Assembly: GCA_003221075.1 (NCBI GenBank) | Contig: QHUF01000281.1 | Span: 1 to 36,584 of the forward strand | DNA: 36,584 bases | Reading direction: 5' to 3' | From: Gemmatimonadota bacterium | GTDB taxonomy: Bacteria > Gemmatimonadota > Gemmatimonadetes > Gemmatimonadales > GWC2-71-9 | In this document: piece after piece, positions 18,796 to 28,928 of the stretch | Numbering within the stretch: the stretch's first letter is position 1 | Layout of the letters: the number at the start of each line of letters is the position of its first letter | Notes under the pieces: generated by a model | Database searches by the model: none | What the model was told of the DNA's origin: nothing | The model's input: only the letters and a program-made list of their open reading frames with translations | Translations under genes and position numbers: made by a program

Positions 18796-20564
18796 GCTTC
18801 ATTCATCCGTTGGCACTGCTGGGACTCGCCGCCGCGGCGATCCCGGCTTTGCTCCACCTTTTGCAGCGGCGCATTCCACCCGAGTTCGATTTCCCTCCGG
18901 TCCGGTATCTCAGCGCGGCGGAACGGGAGAGCGCTCGACGGTTGAAGCTCCGGCACCTGCTGCTGCTGATTCTGCGCACGGCGTTGATCGTCGCGATCGT
19001 GCTCGCGGCCGCGCGGCCGCTGGTGCCGCTGCGGGGGGGCGGTGCTCACCAGCCGACCGCCGCCGTCTTCGTTCTCGATAACTCTCCATCGTCGGGAGCG
19101 ATCGTCGACGGCGGACTCGTGCTCGACCGGCTGCGTGTCGTGGCGCGCGCATCCCTTGGGCGCACCACGCCCGCCGATCGCGTGTGGCTGATGCTGTGCG
19201 ACGGCGTGCTGCGCGGCGGCACCCGCGAAGCGCTGCTGGCGACGATCGACAGCACGCGTCCCGGCTGGCTGCGGCTCGATTTGGTCCAGGCCGTCGAACG
19301 CGCCGCTCGCATCGTGAATGCACAGCCGCTGGTGGGCCATGAAGTGCACGTGCTCAGCGATTTACAACGCACGGCGCTGGTGTCGGGTCACGCCGATGTA
19401 CCGGCCGGCGTGAGGGTGCTGGCGCTCGCTCCTGGGCGCGGGGCACCCAATCGCGGAATTGCCACGGTCACGGTCTCCGAGGGTGCCGCAGTCGTCGAGT
19501 TGAGCGGCTCGCTGCTGGGGAGCGGCGGTACGCCGCAACCCGTGCCAGTGACAATCCGCATCGGCGCTGGCCGGCGCGACCGCGGAGAAGTCACGGCCCG
19601 TGGATTGGCGACGCCCGGCAGCGACCGCGCCGGCGGAGCGATCCGTTCAGCGGTCACCGTGTCGCTGCCGGCGCAGTCGCTCGCACCGGGGTGGTGGCTG
19701 GGCGAAGCGGCGCTCGAACCTGACGAGCTGCGCGCCGACGATCAGAGGCCGTTCGCGTGGCGCGTCGCGCCACCCGCGAGGGTCATGGCGACTCCCGGTG
19801 CCGGATCGTTCGTGGCGGCGGCGCTCGCCGTACTCCAGGAAGGCAGGCGCGTCGTCGAAGGCCGAGAAGTCGTGATCAGCGGAGGTGAACTGCCGACTAC
19901 TCCTCACGCCATCCTGCAGCCGCCCGCCGATCCGGCGCTCGTCGGACAGGCAAACCGTGCGTTGGCGTCGCGCGGCGTGCCGTGGCGGTGGGGTCAATTG
20001 GGAACTCCCGGAGCGCTCGCGTCGGCTGAATTGCCGGTGCTCAACGGCGTGCCCGTGGTGCGTCGCTACCGGATCGAGGGAGCGGCGAGCGGGGAGCAGG
20101 GTGGAGGTGACGTGCCGGCGACGGTGAATGGAGAACCGTGGCTCGTTAGGTCAGCAGGCATCGTGCTGCTCGGCAGCCGCCTCGATACCACTTGGACCGC
20201 GCTGCCGGCCGCGCCGGGGTTCGTGCCCTTCGTCGATGCGCTCGTCAATCGGATCGTGATGGGCGAAGCCGAAGTCGCGGCGGCCGAAGGGGCGCCGCGC
20301 GTGGAGTTTCGGACGCGCGGCACGGATACGATCGGAGCGACCGTGTTCGGTCCTGACCCACGCGAATCCGACCTCACGCCCGCCACGATAGCGCTCGTCA
20401 CGACCGCGCTAGGCGGAAAGGATCGAACGGCGGTGCTGGGTGCCGATCGATTTGCCGCCGAGGGTTTCTCCGGCACGCGGCGCGCCGACGCGAGCGGGAT
20501 CCTGCTGCTCCTGGCGTTGCTGCTCGCCGCCGCTGAGTTGGGGGTCGCGACCCGAACCCGCTGA
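18792..20564 (+). CDS. BatA-like membrane protein: N-terminal double-TM aerotolerance-type domain, vWA-like region and a C-terminal TM anchor
   Basis: I chose the start at GTG 18792, which forms a GTGA overlap with the DUF58 stop. The N-terminus VSFIHPLALLGLAAAAIPALLHLLQRR...LLLLILRTALIVAIVLAAARP matches the BatA N-terminal pattern. FVLDNSPSS is a DxSxS MIDAS-like motif. The C-terminus contains ILLLLALLLAAAELGV. Confidence 0.7.
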   Translation: MSFIHPLALLGLAAAAIPALLHLLQRRIPPEFDFPPVRYLSAAERESARRLKLRHLLLLILRTALIVAIVLAAARPLVPLRGGGAHQPTAAVFVLDNSPSSGAIVDGGLVLDRLRVVARASLGRTTPADRVWLMLCDGVLRGGTREALLATIDSTRPGWLRLDLVQAVERAARIVNAQPLVGHEVHVLSDLQRTALVSGHADVPAGVRVLALAPGRGAPNRGIATVTVSEGAAVVELSGSLLGSGGTPQPVPVTIRIGAGRRDRGEVTARGLATPGSDRAGGAIRSAVTVSLPAQSLAPGWWLGEAALEPDELRADDQRPFAWRVAPPARVMATPGAGSFVAAALAVLQEGRRVVEGREVVISGGELPTTPHAILQPPADPALVGQANRALASRGVPWRWGQLGTPGALASAELPVLNGVPVVRRYRIEGAASGEQGGGDVPATVNGEPWLVRSAGIVLLGSRLDTTWTALPAAPGFVPFVDALVNRIVMGEAEVAAAEGAPRVEFRTRGTDTIGATVFGPDPRESDLTPATIALVTTALGGKDRTAVLGADRFAAEGFSGTRRADASGILLLLALLLAAAELGVATRTR

Positions 20565-23500
20565 TGCCGCTCGACTTTCTGCTCGAGAGGTTCCACGACC
20601 TTCCCGCCACGCGCGCGCTCATCGAGCGCCTACCGTCGCCCGGAAAGCGCATCGGAGTCGGTGGCCTTCCCGGCTCGAGCCCGGCGGTGTTGGTCGCTAC
20701 GCTCGCCCGCGCGTTGCCGCAACGCGTCTTTACCGTCGTCGCTCCCACTCCCGCGGACGGGGAGCGCTGGCTCGCGGATTTGCAAACGCTTCTGGGACCA
20801 GACACGACGGCGCTGTATCCACAGCGCGAATCGCTCGGTGCCGAGGAGCCGCATTACGAGCTCGCGGGCGAGCGCATCGAGACCCTCGAGGCGCTGCTGC
20901 GCGGGGCAGTGCGTGTACTGATTACGACGGCGCGGGCCAGTGCGGAACGAACGGCGGTGCCGGCGGCACTGGAGCAGGCGCGGCTCGTGATCGGCACTAA
21001 CGAGAAAAGGAGTCTCACCGACACGACGCAGCGCCTCGTGGAGATGGGGTACGAGCGTGTCCCCACTGTCACTGAAGTCGCGCAGTATAGCGTTCGTGGC
21101 GGAATTCTCGACGTCTACGGATTCGGGATGGCGACGCCGGCACGCATCGAATGGTGGGGCGACGACGTCGCCTCCGTTCGCAGCTTCGATCTCGATACGC
21201 AACGCTCGGGCGACACGGTCGATCGTGTGACCGTTCTGCCCGTGCGTGCGGAGTCGGTGCAGGGCCAGGTAGGGGCGCAGCATGCTGCGCCCCTTCGAAC
21301 GAACCTGTTGGCACTTCTCCCGACCGACACGGTCGTGGTCACCGATCAGGAATCCGCGGTGCAGCGCGAAGTCGAGCGCGCCTGGGCCGATGCCGCGCAC
21401 CATCTGGAGGTCGCCCGTCGGATGGGAGAAGAGCCGCCCCCGCGGGAGGAGCTGCTCATCGAACCCGGGGTGTGGCGGGCGCGACTTACCGCTCTCGCCC
21501 GCATCGCAGTCTCGGATGCCGAAACTGAGCAGCGCTTTCCACTCGCCCCGCCCGAGCATATCGACCGGGACTTGAAGCGACTGCGGCAGATCGTCGCGCA
21601 GCCCCCGCCGACCGTGATTCTCTGCGACAACGAAGGGCAGCTCGAGCGATTGGAGGAGCTGCTCGGGACCGATCGCGCCACGCTCGCGGTGGGGGCGCTC
21701 GATGGCGGATTCATCATGCCAACGCTGCGGGTGCTCACCGACCATGAGATTTTCCGCCGAGCGCGCCGCCTGCGGCGGCCGCGGCGCTATCGCAGTGCGC
21801 TGACGACCGCCGCATCGCGGCCGCTGACTCCGGGTGGGTACGTCGTACATCTCGAGCACGGGATCGGCATCTACCGCGGCTTGCAAACGATTGCGGTCGG
21901 GGCGGATGGAGCGACCCTCGAAGTCGCGGTCGTGGAATACGAAGGCGGTGACCGTCTGAACGTCCCGCTCTATCGTATCGATCAGCTCGAGCCGTATCGC
22001 ACGGCGGGCGATGGCGACGCGCCCCCGCCGCGTCTGCATCGCCTCGGCGCCCCGACGTGGCAGCGGCAGCGCGACAAGACGCGGGCCGCGATCCGCGCGA
22101 TGGCGGCCGAGTTGCTGGACCTGTACGCCCGGCGGCAGCTCGCCACGGGATTCTCGTTCCCTCCCGATACGCCGTGGCAGCGCGAGCTCGAGTCCGCCTT
22201 CCTTTATGAAGACACCCCGGACCAGCGGCGTGCATCGGACGAGGTCAAACGGGACATGGAGCGCGCCCGCCCGATGGACCGGCTGCTCGTCGGCGATGTC
22301 GGATACGGAAAGACCGAGGTCGCCGTGCGCGCGGCATTCAAGGCGGTGCAGGCGGGCAAGCAGGTCGCCGTCCTCGTGCCCACGACGATCCTCGCCGAAC
22401 AGCATGGGCGCACTTTTCGCGAGCGTCTCGCCGATTACCCGGTCCGCATCGAGGTGTTGTCCCGCTTTCGCAGCGCCAAGGAGACCGCGCCGCTGGTACA
22501 ACGCCTCGCCGCCGGCGAGGTCGATATCGTCATCGGCACCCACCGGTTGCTCTCCCCGGACGTAACGTTCAAGGATCTTGGCCTCCTGGTCGTCGATGAG
22601 GAGCATCGCTTCGGCGTGCGGCATAAGGAGCGCCTGAAGGCGCTCAAGTTGAGCGTTGACGTGCTGACGCTGACGGCCACACCGATTCCGCGAACCCTGC
22701 ACCTGTCCCTGGCCGGTCTGCGCGACCTCGCGCTGCTCGAGACCGCACCGAAGGACCGCTCACCCGTCCTCACATTCGTCGAGCCCTGGGACGACGCGCT
22801 GCTCGAGGAAGCGATGGCGCGCGAGCTCGATCGCGGTGGGCAGGTCTATTTCGTGCATAACCGGATCGAGACGATCGATACGGTCGCCGCGCGGGTGCGG
22901 GCACTCGCGCCGCGCGCGCGGCTTGCGCTTGCACACGGGCAGATGCGCGAGACCGATCTCGAAGCCGTCATGGGCCAATTCGTGCGGGGCGAGGTGGACA
23001 TCCTCGTGTCCACGATGATCGTCGAATCGGGCCTCGACGTGCCCAACGCCAACACGATGATCGTGGATCGCGCCGATCGGTTCGGCCTCGCCCAGCTTTA
23101 TCAGCTGCGCGGGCGGGTCGGGCGGAGCCACCGGCGGGCATTTTGTTATTTGCTCGTGCCCGATCAGGTAGAGCCCCTAGCGGAGGAACGTTTGCAGGTG
23201 CTGGAGCATCACACTGATCTAGGATCGGGCTATCGCATCGCACTGCGCGATCTGGAGCTGCGGGGGGCCGGGAACCTGCTGGGCGGCGAGCAGTCGGGGC
23301 ATGTGCAGGCGGTCGGCTTCGACATGTACCTACGATGGCTCGAAGAAACCGTCCGTGGGCTGAAGGCGGGGGACGGGGGACGGGGGACGACGAAAGAGTG
23401 GACGCCGCCGGATGTGACGCTGGACGCGCCGGCGCATTTGCCCGATGAGTACGTCCCCGACGATGACGCGAAGCTCGATCTGTATCGGCGGCTGGCGCGG

Positions 23501-23851
23501 GCTGAGCAACCAGGTGAGATTCAAGCCGTTCGTGACGAGCTGCGTGATCGCTTCGGACGATTACCGGCGGCCGCTGAGCGGCTCCTGCTCGTCGCCGAGC
23601 TGCGCGCGCTGGGTGCCCAGGCCGGTCTGGAGACGGTCTTGATCAAGGGCGACGAAGCGCGGCTCACATTCCGGCGTGACGCGTCGCCCCGTTTGGCGGG
23701 CCTGCAGGTGGCCCTCGAGGCGGTCCAGTTCGAGGCCGACGTGCGGCGCGCGATGCCGCTCTCCCTCAGGCTCCGCCGGCTCGGCGGAGAGTCGATCGGC
23801 CCCGGCCTGGTCCGGGCGCTCACGGCCGTTCTGCGGGACCATCACGGTTAA
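20564..23851 (+). CDS. mfd: Transcription-repair coupling factor Mfd
   Basis: The 1095-aa ORF has a UvrB-homology N-terminus and a CarD/RID block (GGYVVHLEHGIGIYRGL). The helicase motifs are GDVGYGKTEVA, VVDEEHRFG, LTLTATPIPRT and QLRGRVGRS. A TRG region is also present. The ATG shares one nucleotide with the preceding stop (TGATG). Confidence 0.95.
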   Translation: MPLDFLLERFHDLPATRALIERLPSPGKRIGVGGLPGSSPAVLVATLARALPQRVFTVVAPTPADGERWLADLQTLLGPDTTALYPQRESLGAEEPHYELAGERIETLEALLRGAVRVLITTARASAERTAVPAALEQARLVIGTNEKRSLTDTTQRLVEMGYERVPTVTEVAQYSVRGGILDVYGFGMATPARIEWWGDDVASVRSFDLDTQRSGDTVDRVTVLPVRAESVQGQVGAQHAAPLRTNLLALLPTDTVVVTDQESAVQREVERAWADAAHHLEVARRMGEEPPPREELLIEPGVWRARLTALARIAVSDAETEQRFPLAPPEHIDRDLKRLRQIVAQPPPTVILCDNEGQLERLEELLGTDRATLAVGALDGGFIMPTLRVLTDHEIFRRARRLRRPRRYRSALTTAASRPLTPGGYVVHLEHGIGIYRGLQTIAVGADGATLEVAVVEYEGGDRLNVPLYRIDQLEPYRTAGDGDAPPPRLHRLGAPTWQRQRDKTRAAIRAMAAELLDLYARRQLATGFSFPPDTPWQRELESAFLYEDTPDQRRASDEVKRDMERARPMDRLLVGDVGYGKTEVAVRAAFKAVQAGKQVAVLVPTTILAEQHGRTFRERLADYPVRIEVLSRFRSAKETAPLVQRLAAGEVDIVIGTHRLLSPDVTFKDLGLLVVDEEHRFGVRHKERLKALKLSVDVLTLTATPIPRTLHLSLAGLRDLALLETAPKDRSPVLTFVEPWDDALLEEAMARELDRGGQVYFVHNRIETIDTVAARVRALAPRARLALAHGQMRETDLEAVMGQFVRGEVDILVSTMIVESGLDVPNANTMIVDRADRFGLAQLYQLRGRVGRSHRRAFCYLLVPDQVEPLAEERLQVLEHHTDLGSGYRIALRDLELRGAGNLLGGEQSGHVQAVGFDMYLRWLEETVRGLKAGDGGRGTTKEWTPPDVTLDAPAHLPDEYVPDDDAKLDLYRRLARAEQPGEIQAVRDELRDRFGRLPAAAERLLLVAELRALGAQAGLETVLIKGDEARLTFRRDASPRLAGLQVALEAVQFEADVRRAMPLSLRLRRLGGESIGPGLVRALTAVLRDHHG

Positions 23852-23869
23852 CGGAGAAAGAGGAAACGG

Positions 23870-25345
23870 ATGAGACGTTCGAGTCTGGTGTTGCTGGCGC
23901 TGACGTCACTGACGCTGTTCGGGTGCGACGCGCTCCGCGACGCGTTCTCGCCGCGCGCGGACGTGGTCGCGCGCGCCAATGACCAGACCTTGACGGTCGA
24001 TCGGCTCGCCGGTTGGGCGGGTGAGAGCAAGCAGGTCCCGCTCGATCCGCTCACGCTGAGCCGGGTGTCGCGCTACTGGGTGGAATACACGCTATTCGCC
24101 CAAGCGCTGGCCGACGGGAAAAACCTGCGCGATTCGGCCACGGCGGCCGCGGCGATGTGGCCCGTCGTGTCCCGGCTCAAGTGGCAACGGTTCCACGACC
24201 GGATCGTCACGGGGCATGACCTGACGCCCCAACAACTGGATTCGGCGTATCAGAGCGGACCATACCGCGTGTTCCAGCACATCCTGTTCCGGGTCATGCC
24301 GGCCCAGGGCGCCAAGGCGACTGATGGGAATGCACTCATCAGACTCGATGCGCAGAAGCATAGTCAGGCCGACCAGCTGCTGCCGCAGGCGCGCACGGCG
24401 GGCGCTCGCTTCGCACAGCTCGCCTCACGGTATTCGGAGGATCCGGGATCGAAGGTCGCAGGCGGATCGCTCGGTCTCTCCACAAGAGGTCAGTTCGTGG
24501 GAGAATTCGATGACGCGGCCTGGCAGCTCGCGCCCGGCGCGGTCAGCGGGGTCGTGAAAAGCCAGTTTGGGTATCACATCATTCGCCGTCCGCCGCTGGC
24601 CGAGGTCCGGGATTCGTTCCGCCTCGGCCTGCAGGAGCGGATGTCGCAGCACGGCGACTCACTGTACGTCGATAGCCTCGTCATCAAGCGGAAGATCGAG
24701 CCGGTGAGCCGGGCGCCCGCCTACGCGAAAGCCGCGGTGCAGGATATGGACGCCGCGCGGTCGAGCAACCGGGTGCTCGTGAAGTATCGCGGCGGATCGC
24801 TGAAGGTCCGGGACTTCGCGCGCTGGCTGAACGCGCTCGATCCGCAGATCCTGAGCGCATTGCCGCAGGCGAACGACGAGCAGATCAACCAATTCCTGAA
24901 GTCGCTCGCGCAGCAACAGCTGATGCTGCAGCAGGCGGACTCCGCCAAGGTCACGCTGACCGCGGAGGACTGGCAGCGCGTGCGCGACGAGCACGACTCC
25001 ACGATGGTTCAGATCACGACGCTCCTGAACTTGTCCGCCGCGGTGCTCCACGATTCGGGCGGGCCGTCGCCCGAAAAACGCACCAATTTCGCGATGGGAC
25101 GCGTCAACGACTACTTCGATCGCGTGTTCCACGGACGGGCGCGCTTCTTTCCCTTGCCCGCATTCCTGGCCGATACGCTGCTCGCGGACGCGCGGTGGAA
25201 CGTGGATGCGGCGGGCGTGCGGCGCGCAGTGGAGCGCGGCCAGGAGATTCGGGCCGATTCGGCCCAGGCGTCCAATGCGCCGCGCATGACGCCCGCGCCG
25301 GGACCGGCACCGATCGACACGACGAAGAGGCAGGCACCGAGATGA
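23870..25345 (+). CDS. Parvulin-type peptidyl-prolyl isomerase lipoprotein (PrsA/PpiD-like)
   Basis: The signal MRRSSLVLLALTSLTLFGC carries a lipobox. The rotamase block is ASRYSEDPGSKVAGGSLG...FDDAAWQLAPGAVSGVVKSQFGYHIIRR. AAAGAGGAAA precedes the ATG. Confidence 0.8.
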   Translation: MRRSSLVLLALTSLTLFGCDALRDAFSPRADVVARANDQTLTVDRLAGWAGESKQVPLDPLTLSRVSRYWVEYTLFAQALADGKNLRDSATAAAAMWPVVSRLKWQRFHDRIVTGHDLTPQQLDSAYQSGPYRVFQHILFRVMPAQGAKATDGNALIRLDAQKHSQADQLLPQARTAGARFAQLASRYSEDPGSKVAGGSLGLSTRGQFVGEFDDAAWQLAPGAVSGVVKSQFGYHIIRRPPLAEVRDSFRLGLQERMSQHGDSLYVDSLVIKRKIEPVSRAPAYAKAAVQDMDAARSSNRVLVKYRGGSLKVRDFARWLNALDPQILSALPQANDEQINQFLKSLAQQQLMLQQADSAKVTLTAEDWQRVRDEHDSTMVQITTLLNLSAAVLHDSGGPSPEKRTNFAMGRVNDYFDRVFHGRARFFPLPAFLADTLLADARWNVDAAGVRRAVERGQEIRADSAQASNAPRMTPAPGPAPIDTTKRQAPR

Positions 25346-26670
25346 GACTTCTCTTTGGTCTTCTGACGGCGTGTGCCGTCACGACCGCTGCCGCGCAGCA
25401 ACGCGCTCCCACGCCGGCCGCGGATCAGACACTCGATCGCATCGTGGCGATCGTGGGGACGCGTCCGATTCTGGCGTCACAAATCGAAGAAGAAATGGTC
25501 CAGCAGCAGGCCCAGGGCCAGGCGCTGCCGACCGATTCCGCGGGCCTGGCCACGATGCGGCGGCAAATCCTCGACCGTCTGGTCGAGCTGGAAATCCTGG
25601 TGCAGCAGGCGGAGCGCGACACCACGATCAAGGTGACGGACCAGGAAGTACTCGATCAGGTGGAGCAGACGTACCAGAACGTCCGCAAGCAGTTCAGCAC
25701 GGAGAACGATTTCCGCGATCAGATCCGTCAGGCGCGGTTTGGGTCGGTCGAGGAGTGGCGCCGCTGGCTGGCGGATGAGCAGCGTCGGCAGCTGTACGCG
25801 CAGCGCCTGATCGAGGCGCAGCGACAGAAGGGAAAGCTGCGCCCGATTCCGCCGACCGATGCGCAGATGCGCGAATTCTGGGAGCAGAACAAGGAACAGC
25901 AGCCGAAGCGCCCCGCGACGGTTTCGTTCCGGCAGATCGTCCTCAAGCCGGTGCCCGATTCGGCCTCCCGGCAGCGTGCGCTGCAGCTCGCCGAGTCGCT
26001 CGTCGTGGAGCTGCGGCATCCAGGCGCCGATTTCGCGGCCGCGGCGAAGCGGTTCTCCCGCGATAGCGCCTCCGCGGCCCAGGGCGGCGAGCTTGGCTGG
26101 TTCCGGCGCGGCGTCATGGTGAAGGAATTCGAGGATGTCGCGTTCCGGGTCCGGCCGGGGGAGATCGCGGGCCCGGTCGAGACGTCGTTCGGATTCCACA
26201 TCATCAACGTCGAGCGCACACAGCCGGCCGAGATTCTGGCCCGTCACATCCTCATCACCCCCGAGATCAGCGCGGGACAGATCGCCATCGCCCGGCGCCG
26301 GGCCGATTCGCTACACGACGCCCTCGGCCGTGGGGGCGTGCACGCATCCTTCGACTCCCTGGCGAAGATCTACGCCGATCCGCTGGAGCCCAAGCTGGCT
26401 GAGGATGCCCCGTTCACGGACCTGTCGCCGGAATACCAGAAGGTTCTTGCAGGCGACACGACGACCGGGTTGAAGCCGGTGATCGTGGAGGGGGCCGACG
26501 CGCCGCGCACCAAGTTTGTGGTCCTCGAAGTGACCGGCCGCCACGACGCAGGCGAGCTGGCGTTCGAGGACGTGAAGCTGCGGATCCGCCAGTCGCTCGG
26601 GGACCAGCTCGCGATCCGGCATTTCATCGATCAACTGCGGCGCCAGATTTACATCAACATCAGACTCTAG
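25342..26670 (+). CDS. surA: SurA-like periplasmic chaperone / parvulin PPIase
   Basis: I chose the start at ATG 25342, which forms an ATGA overlap with the upstream stop and gives the signal peptide MRLLFGLLTACAVTTAAAQQ. A SurA-N-like helical region is followed by FSRDSASAAQGGELGWFRRGVMVKEFEDVAF...SFGFHIINVER. It sits immediately upstream of pdxA, as in E. coli. The ORF-track start at 25195 overlaps the previous gene and is rejected. Confidence 0.75.
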   Translation: MRLLFGLLTACAVTTAAAQQRAPTPAADQTLDRIVAIVGTRPILASQIEEEMVQQQAQGQALPTDSAGLATMRRQILDRLVELEILVQQAERDTTIKVTDQEVLDQVEQTYQNVRKQFSTENDFRDQIRQARFGSVEEWRRWLADEQRRQLYAQRLIEAQRQKGKLRPIPPTDAQMREFWEQNKEQQPKRPATVSFRQIVLKPVPDSASRQRALQLAESLVVELRHPGADFAAAAKRFSRDSASAAQGGELGWFRRGVMVKEFEDVAFRVRPGEIAGPVETSFGFHIINVERTQPAEILARHILITPEISAGQIAIARRRADSLHDALGRGGVHASFDSLAKIYADPLEPKLAEDAPFTDLSPEYQKVLAGDTTTGLKPVIVEGADAPRTKFVVLEVTGRHDAGELAFEDVKLRIRQSLGDQLAIRHFIDQLRRQIYINIRL

Positions 26671-26672
26671 CC

Positions 26673-27554
26673 TTGGTGCCCTCCCCGCCTCCTGCTCCCC
26701 GGCCGCGTCTCGCGGTGGCCGTGGGCGATCCGCGAGGAATCGGCCCCGAAGTGGTGCGCAAAGCGCTGCGGCAGCCTCTCGAGGCGGATGTCCGCATCGT
26801 CGGCGGCTGGGACGACGGGGCGAAGGCGCCGAGCGATCTCGAAGCCGGCCGGGCGGCCGCCCAGAACATCGAGGCCGCCGCGCGGCTCGCGCTCTCAGGT
26901 GAAGCCGACGCCATCGTCACCGGGCCCGTCAACAAGCTGGCGCTGCACGCCGCCGGCTATCGCTTTCCGGGCGTCACGGAATTCCTCGCGCACATCGCCG
27001 GTGACATTCCCGTGGCGATGATGTTGACGACGGGGCGGCTGCGCGTCGTGCTCGTGACCACGCATCTCTCGTTGCGGGACGCGATCGCGTCGGTCACGAC
27101 CGAGCGGGTGGTGGAGGCGGGCCGCATCGCGACCGATGCGCTGCGCCAGTGGTGGGGTATCGCCTCGCCGCGACTGGCGCTCTGCGCGCTGAACCCGCAC
27201 GCGGGCGAGAGCGGGTTGTTCGGCGACGAGGACGACCGTCTGCTCCGGCCGGCGGCGACGGCGCTCGACGCCGCGGGGCCGCTCCCGGCCGACACCGTGT
27301 TCGTGCGCGCGTTGCGCGGCGAATTCGACGCGGTGCTCGCGCCCTATCACGACGTGGGAATGACGGCGGTGAAAGTCTCGGGGTTCGGCACCGGCGTGAA
27401 CGTGACCTTAGGCCTGCCGTTCATCCGCACGTCACCCGATCACGGGACGGCGTTCGACATCGCGGGGAAGGGGATCGCCGATGCGGGGTCGATGCGGGCG
27501 TCGTTGGAGCTGGCCGTGCAGCTGGTGGGCGCCCGCCGGCAGCCAGGCGACTAG
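26673..27554 (+). CDS. pdxA: 4-hydroxythreonine-4-phosphate dehydrogenase PdxA
   Basis: The 293-aa ORF shows AVAVGDPRGIGPEVV, ITGPVNK, LNPHAGE, PADTVF, YHDVGM and LGLPFIRTSPDHGTAFDIAGKG, all collinear with E. coli PdxA. The start is TTG at 26673 or GTG at 26676. Confidence 0.88.
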   Translation: MVPSPPPAPRPRLAVAVGDPRGIGPEVVRKALRQPLEADVRIVGGWDDGAKAPSDLEAGRAAAQNIEAAARLALSGEADAIVTGPVNKLALHAAGYRFPGVTEFLAHIAGDIPVAMMLTTGRLRVVLVTTHLSLRDAIASVTTERVVEAGRIATDALRQWWGIASPRLALCALNPHAGESGLFGDEDDRLLRPAATALDAAGPLPADTVFVRALRGEFDAVLAPYHDVGMTAVKVSGFGTGVNVTLGLPFIRTSPDHGTAFDIAGKGIADAGSMRASLELAVQLVGARRQPGD

Positions 27555-28891
27555 CTCGACGGCTCCGGTACGTGCGCAGTCGTCGGCCACACGCGCACCC
27601 GCCCCACGCGCCGGCCGTCCATCTCGAGAATCTCGAACGTCGCGTCCTGCAGATTGACGCGGTCCCCCACCTTGGGCAGGCGGCCGAGCTGCCCGAACAA
27701 CAGCCCGCCTATCGTCGTGTAGTCGGCGTCGTCGAGGTGGAGCTTGAGCATCCGATTGATGTCGCTGATCTCGGTGCTGCCGGGCAAAATCGGGACGCCG
27801 CTGCCTGCGCTGCTCGTCGCGCCCGCCGGCGCTGCCGCCGGGACTTGGTCGTACTCGTCGTAGATCGGGCCCACGATTTCTTCGAGCAAATCTTCCATCG
27901 TCACGAGCCCCGCCGTCCCGCCGAATTCGTCGAGTACGATGGCGAGATGTACCTTCTGGCGTTTCATGTCCGCCAACACGTCTTCCACTTCGCGCGTCCC
28001 CGGTACGAAGAAGGCTGGCCGAGCGATGTCCTGCACGGGCGCTTCCGCGCCGGACAGCAAGCCGCGGAGGATATCCTTGGCGTGCACGGTGCCGACGACG
28101 TCGTCGAGCGATTCGCCGGTCACGGGATAGCGTGAGCGTCCCGCGGCCGCGACGCGGTCCGCGGCCTCGGCGAGGGACGCCTCGGCGGGGAGGGCGACCA
28201 TTTGGGTGCGCGGCGTCATCACGTCGCGCGCATTCTTTTCGCTGAACTCGAACACGCCTTCCAGCAGGCGCGCGTCGCCCGCGCCCAGGCCGCCCGTCTT
28301 GCGGCTCTGCTGGACCAGCATGCGGATCTCTTCAGGGGAGTGCACGCGATCGAGTTCAGGACTCGAGCTTTTGATGCCGAGCAGCCGGAGCACGATGCGC
28401 GCGCTCACATTCAGCACGAAGTTGAACGGGCGCGTGATCCACGAAAACATGATGAGCGGTGATGCGACCCAGCGGCTCGTGGCTTCCGGGTGCGTGATCG
28501 CCCATGTCTTCGGCACGAGTTCGCCGAACACCACGTGCAGGAAGGAGATCGTGCCGACGGCAACGACGGAGGCGATGCCGCCGCGGGTCAAGAAATCGAG
28601 CGCGGGCGGCAAAGCCCGAAACCAGTCCCGAAACAGGTGGGCGACCGTATCCTCGGCCACGTAGCCGAGCAGGATGGATGTCAGCGTGATGCCGAGCTGC
28701 GTCGCAGATAGGAGCCGGTACAGATCGCCGAGGGCTTTGCGCACGACGCGCGCTTTCCGGTCGCCGCGCCGCACCATCGCTTCGATCCGTGTGCGCCGGG
28801 ACGCGACAAGCGCGAATTCCGCCGCCACGAAGAAGGCGTTGGCCAGGACGAGCGCGACGATGGCCAGCAGCCGCAAACCCAGGACGTTCAC
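27551..28891 (-). CDS. CNNM/DUF21 - CBS pair - CorC_HlyC family transporter (hemolysin-family/CorC-like)
   Basis: The 446-aa ORF reads LANAFFVAAEFALVASRR (DUF21), then a CBS region (ARDVMTPRTQMVAL...VHLAIVLDEFGGTAGLVTMEDLLEEIVG) and a C-terminal CorC_HlyC block (TIGGLLFGQLGRLPKVGD...FEILEMDGRRV). It overlaps pdxA convergently by 4 nt. Confidence 0.88.
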   Translation of the reverse strand: MNVLGLRLLAIVALVLANAFFVAAEFALVASRRTRIEAMVRRGDRKARVVRKALGDLYRLLSATQLGITLTSILLGYVAEDTVAHLFRDWFRALPPALDFLTRGGIASVVAVGTISFLHVVFGELVPKTWAITHPEATSRWVASPLIMFSWITRPFNFVLNVSARIVLRLLGIKSSSPELDRVHSPEEIRMLVQQSRKTGGLGAGDARLLEGVFEFSEKNARDVMTPRTQMVALPAEASLAEAADRVAAAGRSRYPVTGESLDDVVGTVHAKDILRGLLSGAEAPVQDIARPAFFVPGTREVEDVLADMKRQKVHLAIVLDEFGGTAGLVTMEDLLEEIVGPIYDEYDQVPAAAPAGATSSAGSGVPILPGSTEISDINRMLKLHLDDADYTTIGGLLFGQLGRLPKVGDRVNLQDATFEILEMDGRRVGRVRVWPTTAHVPEPSS

Positions 28892-28928
28892 GGCCTAATA
28901 GTATTAGATTTGCGCCGAGGATACATCC

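Noticed and set aside
20630-22702. A 690-aa ORF antisense to mfd.
   Set aside because: It is the same kind of high-GC antisense artefact. The Mfd frame is collinear with known Mfd motifs across the whole region.
25195-25341. An upstream extension of the surA-like ORF (MERGCGGRAARSG...).
   Set aside because: It overlaps the 3' end of the preceding PPIase gene and has no signal peptide. The internal ATG at 25342 gives a canonical signal peptide and an ATGA coupling overlap.
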